Positions 8,327 to 18,699 of a stretch of DNA of 64,000 bases are shown here, piece after piece. Position 1 is the stretch's first letter; every line of letters begins with the position of its first letter. Location: NCBI GenBank assembly GCA_963724295.1, contig CAVRUC010000004.1:1-64000 (forward strand), written 5' to 3'. Origin of the DNA: an uncultured Chloroflexia bacterium. GTDB lineage: Bacteria > Chloroflexota > Chloroflexia > Thermomicrobiales > UBA6265. The notes under the pieces were generated by a model. That model made no database searches. It saw nothing but the letters and a program-made list of their open reading frames with translations, and was not told where the DNA came from. The translations under genes were made by a program, and so were the position numbers.

Positions 8327-10791
8327 CGAAGTCCTCCCAGGTCGTGCCGGCTGCTGGAGGTGTTGGTTGCTTACTTCCGATATAGCCAACCACGGCATCG
8401 GAGAAGAACGAATTGGCGCTCCCTCGGCGGCATTGTCTGTCGCGGCATTTCTTCTCCGATGCCCGTCCTTCATCGGAAGAAAGAAATAGGGTCGGATCCT
8501 CAGCGACGATCACGCGCTCAGCGTCTGCGACCGGGTCAGGGCAAATGCGTTCTTCTGATGGGGGGGATGGCTTAGATCGGAAGAACGTATCCGGCGGTTT
8601 GGCGGTCATCCAGTAGCGATGCGGGGAACCTTTCTTACCGGCGCCGCTCTGCCCGGCATAGCCCCCCGCAACCCAGCGCTTCAGTTCGGCATCGAGCGTG
8701 AAGCGGGAGACCTTGAGCCCCTGGCTGGCCAGGTCATCGAGGAGGCCTCGCTCCGTGACCCGCTCCTCACCCGTCTCCTTGTCCTTCTCCGTGGTGGTCT
8801 CGACGCGCCTGGCCGCCGCTTCCATGTCGGGCAGAATCTCCACCAGGGCGCGAGCAAGCGCCGCCGAGACCACATCATCCTCGCTGCCGAGCGAGACGTA
8901 GCCCGCGTCGGTCAAGTCGATGTAGAGCTCGTCTGGCGTGGCCTCGAAGCGGGAAAGCGCCTCGATCTTGCGCACGGTGGGTTTGAGATTGCCACCGGGT
9001 TTGTTGACGTGGAGGATGATGTCCACCGCTCCGGCATAGGCGCTCGACCCGCGCCCGGATTCGCCCACCTCGCCCCCGCCCTTGCGATCGTGAAAGCTGA
9101 CGACGACGCCAATGCGGGAGATGTCGGCACCGACTTGCAGCGGCTCCAGTGCTTCCAGCGCCCGGCCGGCCGAGTTCTCATCGTCGCCACGGACGCCGGA
9201 GATCGCTGGCAAGGTATCGACCACGAGCAGGACCGCCCCGACTTCCTGCGCCTTGGCAAAGGCATCGGCCACGATGTCGGGCCATGAAAGGGAGGCGAGA
9301 TCCCGGTAGAGGGCCAGGTGCAAATCGTCGCGCTCCAGGAGGCCGGCGCGGTCCAGCGCCTCGCGAAGCGATGTGCCACCTTGCTCGCTGAGCAGCACGA
9401 CTGGCCCTTGCTTGGTCGGCTCGCCCAGGAAGGCTGCACCATCGAGGACGGCGGCGATCATGTGGGTGATGAGCGTGGTCTTCCCGGCCTTCTTCGGCGG
9501 TCCGTCGATCTTGGTGATACCGCCAACGGCGACGTAGAGCTGAATCACCCAGTCCGTCTCTTCCGGCGTCAGTTGGGCAAACTCACGCGCCGTCATGAAG
9601 CGCACACCCTGCGGCGCGGCCCCACGCGCTCGAGTCGATTCCGGAGTTGATGGTTGTGCCGCGGATCGCTGACGAGGCTCCCACGTCGATCCACGACCGC
9701 CGCTTTCCTGGTCGATCGGAGAACGGTCGCCACGCTCTGCCGTCCGCGCTGCTATCCCGAGACGTGGCTTGACGTGACTCCAACCAACATGGGCGCAGCT
9801 GTTGTGCTGACACTTGTAGGCAACAGCTCCGTTTCCGAACTGCAATATGGCCGCGCCCTCGGTGTGGTCATCAGAACTGAGACAGATGTCGAGTTCGTAG
9901 ACGCGCCCCCAGGCTTTGTCTCGCAACTGGTAGTGGATGCCCGTGGCCTGCAGGAGGGCCGGAACGTCGTACACCGCGACATTGCTGACGTGGGGCGCGT
10001 GCCCGTTGAGCGGCGGTGTGCGCAGTTCGGACGCGGGGGCTAAGGCCACAAGAGCCCGTAGCTGTGCTTCCGTCACGACACCGGTGTTGGGATGCAAGAC
10101 GCTGTGTGCGCGTCGATGCGGTCGCTGTGGTAGCGAATCCCCTTGCAGGCACGAGTGCCCGAGAGTTTGACGATGCGACTGGGATTGCCGAGCGTCGTAT
10201 CGATCGATACCTCAAGAGTGCTGAACATCCCGTCGGCCGCTTCCAGGGCCTCCTCGCACGAGCGCGGCGCCGTCCGCATCGGCTGGCAAGTCAATGCGCC
10301 ACGTCACCTGTCCGCCATTGCCACTCATCATGATCACGACCGGCTCTGGCCACCCGAGTTCTGTCGTCACGAACCGGACGAATTCGTCGCGCAGGGCTAA
10401 CGCTTGGCGAGTTCCTCGTCGGTAGACGAGATGCCAGCCTTGCGAACCGGGTCACAGTCGAGCGTAAGGGAGGTCAATCGCTGGATGTCGAGGTCGCTTG
10501 TCGTGTGTTTCGGCTTGCGCTTCAGCTGGTTTTGGCGCGTGCCAAGAGATCGGGATCGACCGGGTTGTGCGTGAGATAGACGCCTTCAGTTACGTCAACC
10601 GCGATCTTCTGCATCGCCACCGCAAGCGCGTCCGGATCGTCAAAGTATCCGGAGACCGTTGCCGGTTGACCGAAGCCATCGGCCGGGACGTGTCCCAGGA
10701 TGCGGACCTCCCGCACCTCTCCTGGTCGGCACAGCGCCGCAAAGTGCGCCTGCGCGTGCTCAATATCAGGAAGCGACTCGGCGGTCGTCAC
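8268..10791 (-). CDS. Primase (AEP-like) fused to an AAA_25/RepA-type helicase, several frameshifts in the N-terminal part
   Basis: N-terminal EVREVRIL..SGYFDD..GVYLTHNP..LDCDP..SGNG..NPSRIVKLSGT; CxHxxC; Walker A GPPKKAGKT; Walker B LLVVDTL. Confidence 0.75.
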
Positions 10792-11009
10792 GGCGCTGCT
10801 GCGGACGCACATGCGGCCAGATCCCCCACCGCGCTGAGGGAGAAAAATGCTCCGGCTTGACGCTCCAACCTGTTCACTTCGTCGGACCCAATGTTCTCTT
10901 CCACCAGTCGTCGCGCGACCCAGTTGGCGGTCTCCGAGCGGACCAGAACGGCTCCCCAAAGCGGTGAGGCCTCCGGCGGGGCGTCAGTCTCCGGCGTTCT
11001 GACGCCGAG

Positions 11010-11237
11010 CTAGTCCGCAGTCTCAAAATCGCCAGTGGAAGGTCGGACCGGCTGCTCGTCCGTCAGGACACGTTCGAGGAGCGCGCGCGAGACGACAAGG
11101 CGTCGCCCAAGCCGAATCACTGGGACCGGGAGCGCATCGCGTTTTGCCAGTTCGTAGGCCGTGCTTCTGGCGATACCAAAGATCGAGGCAACTTCCTCGA
11201 TCGTGGCCGTTGCGCGTTCGTTGGCTGCGGTCTGCAT
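11010..11237 (-). CDS. Excisionase-like HTH (HTH_17/AlpA) protein
   Basis: TIEEVASIFGIARSTAYELAKRDALPVPVIRLGRRLVV; RBS GGAGGAG. Confidence 0.85.
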   Translation of the reverse strand: MQTAANERATATIEEVASIFGIARSTAYELAKRDALPVPVIRLGRRLVVSRALLERVLTDEQPVRPSTGDFETAD

Positions 11238-11380
11238 CTCGCTCCTCCGCTTGCGTACTCCACCGTGAGGTGGCGTCTCACATGCGAAGGATGGATCCTA
11301 ATCCACACTCATAACAGGCAAGACGGGGCGAGCAGGTGGAACCTGTCAAAATGCGCTGCTGATGTGCCCGGCAGGGGAGC

Positions 11381-12247
11381 CTACGGTGACTGTGGCGCTT
11401 GGGCCGCATGCTTTTTCGGGCGACCCGGCCGGGAGGGGCGAAGCGGGAGGAAGATGAACCTGGCGGCGCCATGCACAGCCTCTGTGACCCCTTGCCGTGT
11501 TCGGCCGACGTCCTGTGCGATTGAGGCGAAGGACTCCCCTCGCACCTGATAGCGCACCAGCCAAGCGAGGTGATCTCGGAGCTTGGGTGCTACGGGCGAG
11601 GGAGCGGCGCCGTCCTGGCGGAGGCGTGCTTCTATTTCGTCCATGCGCGCTTCACGCTGGCGTCGAAACTCCCGGTCAGTCCTCCGCTCAGCATCTCTCC
11701 TGGATTCCGTAAACGGGTTCCACTCGGGCTTGGAAATTACGATTCGTTCCGGCTTGCGCTCCTTGCCCAGTTCTGCTCTCGCCCAGTCTGGGGCAAACAT
11801 AAATTCATTTATCGAGTCTTGGACAAGCGTCAATTCGATACGGTCGTCAATACCCTGCTCGCGTGCTGCCGCCCAGACCTCCAAGGTCGTGCACGCTGAA
11901 TCGTGAACCCAGCTGCCGCCAACAAAGGGTTGGATCTTGAAGGCTCGTTCGCCCCATTTCCATATCTCTGGCATGATATCGGCGCAGCACGGATACGAGG
12001 ACCGAAGGAAGACCGGAAAGACGTTGTCGCGAAGATCGACAACGATCTCTGGCGCCAACTCTGCAGCGATCTTGAGAAACGTGCGTCTCGCTTGGAGAGT
12101 CGGGATGATCGAGTAGGGATCCACATAGTCGCCGGCAGCAGGAAATGCGCGTTCGCTATCAAGTTCGACGTTGTCCCGGTGAAGTTCCCACAAGCTCGGG
12201 AATTCGCGACTGATCAACCGTTCGACCCCGTCAAAACCGATCGCCAC
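11381..12247 (-). CDS. Hypothetical protein with C-terminal HTH and AT-hook-like GRPKK
   Basis: WLVRYQVRGESFASIAQDVGRTRQGVTEAV..RPGRPKK; 288-aa open frame with lower GC. Confidence 0.6.
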   Translation of the reverse strand: MAIGFDGVERLISREFPSLWELHRDNVELDSERAFPAAGDYVDPYSIIPTLQARRTFLKIAAELAPEIVVDLRDNVFPVFLRSSYPCCADIMPEIWKWGERAFKIQPFVGGSWVHDSACTTLEVWAAAREQGIDDRIELTLVQDSINEFMFAPDWARAELGKERKPERIVISKPEWNPFTESRRDAERRTDREFRRQREARMDEIEARLRQDGAAPSPVAPKLRDHLAWLVRYQVRGESFASIAQDVGRTRQGVTEAVHGAARFIFLPLRPSRPGRPKKHAAQAPQSP

Positions 12248-12562
12248 GTCTCGTCCGTTAGCGCCGGAGAGGCGTGTTCCTGCCTGGACCCAGTCCGGCT
12301 CGTGTCTCCAATTCTAGCGAGGCGGACTGACTCCGTACCATCAGGCGTAGTTCGAGATTAGGACCAGCCTCGCCAGCAGCTGGCTTCACCCGCCACCGAT
12401 GGAGACCCGACTCACGACAAAATCAAGACTCGTGTCATGGTGCCAAAATGGTGACGAGACTGCCCGGAATCGTCCGGAATCAGGTGGAACTGGCGGATTG
12501 CGAAAGCTAGAAATCCGCGTGATCGCGCGGGTTTCCGGACTTCACCGTACTAGATGTACCCA

Positions 12563-12648
12563 TGGTGCCGGGAGAGGGATTCGAACCCTCACGGGGTCAC
12601 CCCCGCCGCATTTTGAGTGCGGTGCGTCTGCCATTTCGCCACCCCGGC
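12563..12648 (-). tRNA. tRNA-Leu (CAA)
   Basis: Reverse complement GCCGGGGTGGCGAAATGGCAGACGCACCGCACTCAAAATGCGGCGGGGGTGACCCCGTGAGGGTTCGAATCCCTCTCCCGGCACCA; long variable arm; encoded CCA. Confidence 0.97.
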
Positions 12649-12782
12649 TGGAGGGACGTTACTAAGTTTACCGCACAGAACCCGCCGGAAATGCCTCAGA
12701 AACCCCTGCCCTCCATGCTATCCTTGCGGCCCGAATCGCTCACCCGGCGCGACCTCGCGCACTCCTCAGGAGACCATCTCGC

Positions 12783-14300
12783 ATGGCTGTCGACGCGACG
12801 ACTCAGCTCCAGCAATACGACTTGATCATCGGCGGCGAGAACGTGCCCGCGGCTAGCGGAGAGACGTTCGACACCGTCAGTCCGACGACCAACGAGCCGG
12901 TGGGGCGCATGGCCAAGGCGGGCGTGGATGACGTCGATCGCGCCGTCGTTGCCGCTCGCAAGGCGTTCGACGAGGGGCCCTGGCCGCGCATGACGCCGCT
13001 GGAGCGGTCGCGCATCATGCACAAAATCGCGGCGCTCCTTCGCGACCGTTTGCCCGAGATCGCGGTCTTGGAAACAACCAACTGCGGCAAGATCATCGTC
13101 GAGTCGCGCGGCGACGTCACCGCCTCCGCCAACTGCTTCGAGTACTACGCCGGGCTGGCCACGCAGCTCTGGGGCGAGCAGATCCCGATGAACGGCCCTC
13201 TGCTCGATTACACCCTGCTCGAGCCGGTCGGCGTCTGTGCCCAGATCGTGCCCTGGAACTTCCCGCTGCTGATGGCCGCCTGGAAGCTGGCCCCAGCCCT
13301 CGCCGTCGGCAACACGCTCATCCTGAAACCTGCCAGCGCCACCCCGATCACGGCGGTGATCCTGGGCGAGATCTGTCGCGAAGCGGGTGTCCCCGAGGGC
13401 GTGGTGAACGTCCTGACCGGTCCCGGCAAGGAGGTCGGGGAGGCGCTTGCTGCTCATCCCGGCGTCGACAAGGTTGCCTTCACCGGTGAGACGGCGACCG
13501 GGCGGCGCATTCTGGAGCTTTCGGCGGGAACGATCAAGAAGGTCTCCCTCGAGCTCGGTGGCAAGAGCCCGAACATCGTCTTTCCGGACACCAATCTCGA
13601 CGAGGCGGTCGACGGTTCTCTCTTCGCCATCTTCACCAATGCCGGTCAGCGCTGCACGGCCCGCACCCGGCTCTTCCTCCATCAGGACATCCACGACCAG
13701 TTCCTGAGCGAGTTCGTGCGCAAGGCGGGCAAGATCCGAGTGGGAGATCCTCTCGAGCACGAGACCCAGATGGGGCCAGTCATCTCACCTACGCAGGCCA
13801 ACCGCATCCTCACCTACTGCCAGCGCGCCCAGGAGGAGGGCGCGGAGCTGGTCGCCGGTGGCAAGCGGATTACCGAGGGCGACCTCGCCGCCGGCAATTT
13901 CCTGGCGCCAACGGTCTTCGACGGCGTGCGGCAGGACATGCACCTCGCCCAGGAGGAGGTCTTCGGCCCGGTGCTGGCGGTAATCCCTTTCACCACCGAG
14001 GACGAGGTGGTCGAGGGGGCCAACTCGACGATCTACGGTCTGGCCGCCACGATCTGGACCAACGACATCAAGCGCGCCCACACCCTGGCGCGGCGCTTGC
14101 AGGCCGGCAACGTCAGCATCAACTACCCGACAGTCAACCCACCCGAGGCGCCCTTCGGAGGCTACAAGCAGAGCGGTCTTGGCCGGGAGCTAAGCCGGCA
14201 CGCCATGGATCTCTATACCCAGACCAAGAACGTCGTCGTGAACCTCAATCCGCAGCCATTCGATTGGTATGGCCGCTGGCCCGAGGCGCCAAAGCCGTAA
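12783..14300 (+). CDS. Aldehyde dehydrogenase
   Basis: PWNFP, FTGETATG, LELGGKSP, NAGQRC, EEVFGP, PFGGYKQSG. Confidence 0.97.
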   Translation: MAVDATTQLQQYDLIIGGENVPAASGETFDTVSPTTNEPVGRMAKAGVDDVDRAVVAARKAFDEGPWPRMTPLERSRIMHKIAALLRDRLPEIAVLETTNCGKIIVESRGDVTASANCFEYYAGLATQLWGEQIPMNGPLLDYTLLEPVGVCAQIVPWNFPLLMAAWKLAPALAVGNTLILKPASATPITAVILGEICREAGVPEGVVNVLTGPGKEVGEALAAHPGVDKVAFTGETATGRRILELSAGTIKKVSLELGGKSPNIVFPDTNLDEAVDGSLFAIFTNAGQRCTARTRLFLHQDIHDQFLSEFVRKAGKIRVGDPLEHETQMGPVISPTQANRILTYCQRAQEEGAELVAGGKRITEGDLAAGNFLAPTVFDGVRQDMHLAQEEVFGPVLAVIPFTTEDEVVEGANSTIYGLAATIWTNDIKRAHTLARRLQAGNVSINYPTVNPPEAPFGGYKQSGLGRELSRHAMDLYTQTKNVVVNLNPQPFDWYGRWPEAPKP

Positions 14301-14361
14301 TCGGCGCCGAGCCGAACATGTGTGGTTGCCAAAGGTTCGCCTTCCCCGGTGCCCATAAAGT

Positions 14362-14400
14362 TCATCACCTTTATCACCTTCAACATATTTATCACCTTCG
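14362..14400. repeat. 9-bp-period AT-rich tandem repeat (TTATCACCT)
   Basis: TCATCACCT TTATCACCT TCAACATAT TTATCACCT in a convergent intergenic gap. Confidence 0.6.
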
Positions 14401-14471
14401 ATATGCTGACCTGGCGTTTGCGATCGTGCCGATAGCTCATACCGACCACCACCCGCTTTCACGGTGATCGG

Positions 14472-15449
14472 TCAGTTCTCTTCGTCCACGCCGGCCAGCT
14501 CGTTGCCGGCGCGCAGCTCTTTGCTATAGGTCGCATACTGCTGACCGATGTGCATCCCGGCTCGTTCGTAGAGCCGGGTCGCCCCCGTCGGGCTCTCGGC
14601 ATCGACCGTGAGCACCTGTCGCCGCATGCCCCGCCCGTAAAGCTCGCGAAACGCATGAGTGAGCAAGGCGAAGCCGAGCCCGCGTCTGCGCCAGGGCCTG
14701 CGAACCATGAGGGTGTCGATCCAACCGATACCATCCGAAATACTGCACATGGCCCCACCCGCGGGCACTTCGTCGTCCAGGGCCAGGAACCATAGGCTGG
14801 GGTCGAAACCCGAGGTTGTGCGTCGCTCTCGCCACTCCTCATAGGATCTCGGCACGTGCCCCCAGCTATCGGCCATGGCCTCTTCCGCCGTCTCGTAGAA
14901 TGGCCGCAGGTCTTCATCCTCTCCACCATTCCGCACGGTGATTCCCGCGGGCCATGAGGCAGCGGCCGGCTCCTCGTTGAACGTAATCTCCATCCGAAAG
15001 AAATAGCGGACCGGCATGTACCCCTCTCGCTCCAGCAGAGAACGAGCTTCAGCATTGAGCGCATTGATCCAGTTATTGACGACAACACGGGTCCCTGGCG
15101 GCGCCAGTGGCACGTGCTCCCTTGCTCTCGCCTCGGCCAGCCGAACCAGCGTCGTCCCGATGCCCCGACCGTAATGGGCCGGGTGGACATAGACTTCTAC
15201 GTCCAGCCTTACGTGCCGCCGGTCCTGCACGTAGCCATAGCCGGCCAGCGCTCCGTCGGGCGCAATCGCCACCCAGACATCCTTCTCCAGTTCGAGCTGC
15301 TTCCAGTCGCCCTTGAGCTCGTCGCGGCTAAATCCTTCGGCTTCTCCAAACTCTTCGATCTCCGAGGCGACGATCAACGCGTGGACGGCGTCCACGTCGG
15401 CAACAACCGGGTGTCGAACGCTATATCCCGGTGCAAGGAGGTCACTCAC
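14472..15449 (-). CDS. Tandem-GNAT acetyltransferase
   Basis: Two acetyl-CoA motifs, VHPAHYGRGIG and VRRPWRRRGLG; ATRLYERAGM. Confidence 0.9.
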   Translation of the reverse strand: MSDLLAPGYSVRHPVVADVDAVHALIVASEIEEFGEAEGFSRDELKGDWKQLELEKDVWVAIAPDGALAGYGYVQDRRHVRLDVEVYVHPAHYGRGIGTTLVRLAEARAREHVPLAPPGTRVVVNNWINALNAEARSLLEREGYMPVRYFFRMEITFNEEPAAASWPAGITVRNGGEDEDLRPFYETAEEAMADSWGHVPRSYEEWRERRTTSGFDPSLWFLALDDEVPAGGAMCSISDGIGWIDTLMVRRPWRRRGLGFALLTHAFRELYGRGMRRQVLTVDAESPTGATRLYERAGMHIGQQYATYSKELRAGNELAGVDEEN

Positions 15450-15636
15450 GGTGCGCCGTCCATCGGTTCAGCTCCTTGGCCTCTAGCAAAGCAGTCACCG
15501 CCTAGATGTACCACGTGGCGTGCCTAGCCAGAAAGACGCGGCCTCACTCAGCGACGCACCGACTCGCCACCCCAATGACACGCCGCTGACATCCGTTGGA
15601 TACTTGGCAGAGTTTGTGCGTTTCCAATGGCTAAGG

Positions 15637-16588
15637 ATGGAATCCGGATTGACTGCTTCAGTTGTTTCCCCCGCTACCGCGACCGCCGGTGACGCGTTCA
15701 CCACCGTCGATGAGCTGGAGCGCGGACTGCGCGACCAGCGCTATGTCGCCGAGCGCGGTCTGGCGACGACCCTATACTTGACGCTCAAACTCGGCAAGCC
15801 GCTCCTGCTGGAAGGCGAAGCCGGTGTCGGCAAGACCGAAATCGCCAAGGTTCTCGCCGATGTGCTGCAGACGCCGTTGATTCGCCTGCAGTGCTATGAA
15901 GGACTCGACGCGGCCACGGCGATCTATGAGTGGGATTACCCGCGTCAGATGCTCTATCTGCGCACCGTCGAAGCGACCGGCGGCGAGAGCCGCCAGGCGG
16001 TCCGCCACGACCTCTTCTCCGAGGAGTTCCTGCTCAAGCGGCCGCTCCTGCAGGCGATCGACGCCGCCCACGAACGCGCTCCCGTGCTCCTCATCGACGA
16101 GGTCGACCGCGCCGATCAGGAGCTGGAGGCATTCCTCCTCGAGCTCCTTTCCGACTTCCAGGTGACCGTTCCCGAGATCGGCACCATCCGCGCCGAGCAC
16201 GTCCCGGTAGTGATCCTCACTTCCAACCGCACACGAGAGATCCACGACGCCCTGAAGCGGCGCTGCCTATACCACTGGATCGACTTCCCGGATTATGACA
16301 AGGAGTTCCGCATCCTGCAGGCCCGCGTGCCGGAAGCGCCGGAGAATCTGGCGCGGCAGATCGTCGCCTTCACGCAAGGGCTACGCGGCATCGATCTGTT
16401 CAAGCCGCCGGGGATGGCCGAGACGCTCGATTGGTCGCGGGCTCTTGCTGGCCCTCGGCACGGTCGATCTCAACGAGCAGGCCGTCGACGATTCGCTCGG
16501 CGTCATTCTCAAATACCAGGAGGACGTCGACAGTGTGCGCGGCGACGTGGCGGCCAACCTCGTCGGTCGCGCTCTGCTGCGGGTCTGA
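15637..16588 (+). CDS. MoxR-family AAA+ ATPase (CoxD-like), frameshift near 16445
   Basis: LLEGEAGVGKT, RLQCYEGLD, LLIDEVDR, TSNRTREIHDALKRRC; C-terminus ..GVILKYQED in ORF 16295-16588. Confidence 0.92.
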
Positions 16589-16607
16589 CCGTGCCTGTCG
16601 CTATGCA

Positions 16608-17900
16608 ATGACCGAGACCGCGCTCGACGGCGCCCGGCCAGAGCTACCGCCGATCTCCTCCAACAGCATCCGGGCCAATCTGCTGACGTTCGGCCGGCGG
16701 CTCCGCGACGCCGGCTTGCCGGTCGGCTCCGGTCAGGTCCTGTCACTTGTCGAGGCCCTGGCCGCGATCGACGTCTTCCGCCACGAGGACGTCTACCACG
16801 CCGCGCGCGCCAGCGTCGTCACTCGTCCCGAGCAGATCCCCATCTTCGATCTCGAGTTCTCCCGCTTCTGGCGGGAACTGCTCGGCGCCAAACCGGCGCC
16901 TCTCGATCCTTTCGTTCCCCAGAACACCCCGGGCGAGCCGCCGCTACCGGACGCGAGCAAGAAGAAGACGGAGCGGCGGCACACGCCCGAGAGCGCCGAG
17001 GACGAGAAGGACATCTTCCACGTCAGCGAGAGCGAAGACCTTGCCGGCGCGGAAGAAGAGGAGTTCGAGGCCTCCCCCGACGATGTGATGCTCTTCAGCT
17101 CGCGGGAGACGTTACGGCGCAAGGACTTCTCCCAGTGCACAGCCGACGAGATCGCCGAGGCACGCCGCATCATCGAGGGGTTCACCTGGCGCCTCGGCAC
17201 GCGCCAGACTCGGCGCCGGGTGCGCGCCAAACACGGCAAGTTCATCGATCCTCGCGCCACGCTGCGTGGCTCGCTGCGCCACGGTGGCATCCCGCTCGAG
17301 CTGCGCCGCCAGAAACGAAAGATCCGCACCCGACCGCTCATCGTCATCTGCGACATCTCCGGCTCCATGGACCGCTATGCCCGCCTGTTGTTGCGCTTCG
17401 TCCACGCCCTGGGGCAAGGTCTGGAAAACACCGAGGTCTTCGTCTTCGGCACCCGCCTGACGCGGATCACCCGTGAGCTGCGCAAGCGGGACGTCGATAC
17501 CGCGCTGACGGACGTGGTCGGCTCGGTCGAGGACTGGTCCGGCGGCACGCGCATCGGCGAGGCGATCAAGACCTTCAACTATCAGTGGGCGCGCCGCGTC
17601 CTCCGCTCCGGTGCGACGGTGGTGATCATCAGCGATGGCTGGGATCGGGGTGATCCGGAACTGCTCGGTCGGGAGATGGCTCGCCTGCAGCGCTCCTGCC
17701 GCCGTCTCATCTGGCTCAACCCGCTCCTCGGCGCGCCCGGATACCAACCGCTGACGCAGGGTATGCGCGCCGCTATGCCCTACATCGACGAGTTTCTGCC
17801 GATCCACAATCTGCAGAGCCTGGAGGCGCTCGCCGATCTCCTCGGCCAGGTCGAGGATGAGCCGCCCGTGCGCCGCTTCGTGCCGCCTTCAGCAGCCTGA
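16608..17900 (+). CDS. CoxE-like VWA-domain protein
   Basis: MIDAS DISGSM, FVFGTRLT, WSGGTRIG, ISDGWDRGD, WLNPL. Confidence 0.92.
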   Translation: MTETALDGARPELPPISSNSIRANLLTFGRRLRDAGLPVGSGQVLSLVEALAAIDVFRHEDVYHAARASVVTRPEQIPIFDLEFSRFWRELLGAKPAPLDPFVPQNTPGEPPLPDASKKKTERRHTPESAEDEKDIFHVSESEDLAGAEEEEFEASPDDVMLFSSRETLRRKDFSQCTADEIAEARRIIEGFTWRLGTRQTRRRVRAKHGKFIDPRATLRGSLRHGGIPLELRRQKRKIRTRPLIVICDISGSMDRYARLLLRFVHALGQGLENTEVFVFGTRLTRITRELRKRDVDTALTDVVGSVEDWSGGTRIGEAIKTFNYQWARRVLRSGATVVIISDGWDRGDPELLGREMARLQRSCRRLIWLNPLLGAPGYQPLTQGMRAAMPYIDEFLPIHNLQSLEALADLLGQVEDEPPVRRFVPPSAA

Positions 17901-17941
17901 AGCGCGATCCGGCTCGTCAATCCCAAGTTAAGGAGAGCAAC

Positions 17942-18244
17942 ATGGATGAGGCCGTCAACGCAGCCAACGTTACCGATCCCGAGTGGGAGAAGGTGCGCCG
18001 CTACGCGATGGTGATTGAATGGTCCGACGAAGATCAACTCTTCCTTGTTAGCATTCCAGACTTTCCCGGCGCTCACACCCATGGTCGCACCCGTGCCGAA
18101 GCCGCCGCAATGGGAGAAGAGGTCATCGCCCTGTTGCTGGACGGCGAAGTCAAGCCGCCGCCAGCGCGCTTTACCGCAATGTCGTATCCGATACGCCGCG
18201 AGGCCGAGGTCGGTGAATTCATCAGTGCCGGAAACATGCGGTAA
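17942..18244 (+). CDS. HicB-like antitoxin-family protein (no HicA seen)
   Basis: RYAMVIEWSDEDQLFLVSIPDFPGAHTHGRTRAEA. Confidence 0.8.
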   Translation: MDEAVNAANVTDPEWEKVRRYAMVIEWSDEDQLFLVSIPDFPGAHTHGRTRAEAAAMGEEVIALLLDGEVKPPPARFTAMSYPIRREAEVGEFISAGNMR

Positions 18245-18384
18245 TCGACTGCGATGGGCTCAGCAACCCCGTCCGGATGCCAGCGCCGGCGGGCTGGACA
18301 GCACCCGCTACCATTGATGCCAGAGACGCCCCACGTCCGTGCCGCATTGGGCGAGCGCGACCAGTCGAGAAATGAGATGCACCC

Positions 18385-18699
18385 ATGAAAGACGTTCTGC
18401 CTGAGGTCGATGCCTGGCGCTCCGCCGGCAACCAGGTGGCGATCGCCACGGTCGTCAAAGTCGAAGGTTCCGCGCCGCGCCCGGTGGGAGCGACCATGGC
18501 CGTCTCGTCCGCCGGTGACCTCGCCGGTTCCGTCAGTGGTGGCTGTGTCGAGACCGCCGTCTTCGAGGAGGCGCAGGAGGTGCTGCGCACGGGCCAGCCG
18601 AAGCTGGTCCGCTATGGCATCACCGATGAGATGGCCTGGGACGTTGGACTGGCGTGCGGCGGCACGATCGAGGTCTTCGTGGAGCCGGTCACCGAATGA
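18385..18699 (+). CDS. XdhC/CoxI family N-terminal domain protein
   Basis: ATVVKVEGSAPRPVGA, GSVSGGCVE, GLACGGTIEVFVE. Confidence 0.92.
   Translation: MKDVLPEVDAWRSAGNQVAIATVVKVEGSAPRPVGATMAVSSAGDLAGSVSGGCVETAVFEEAQEVLRTGQPKLVRYGITDEMAWDVGLACGGTIEVFVEPVTE

Larger units (their letters stand above)
7917..12562 (-). mobile_element. tRNA-Leu-associated integrative element module (satellite/ICE-like); left boundary and integrase not seen
   Basis: Excisionase-like HTH, primase-helicase and docking-domain-like ORF directly 3' of the tRNA; tandem TGGTGCC-AAAA-TGGTGAC resembling arm-type sites at 12438-12455. Confidence 0.65.
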
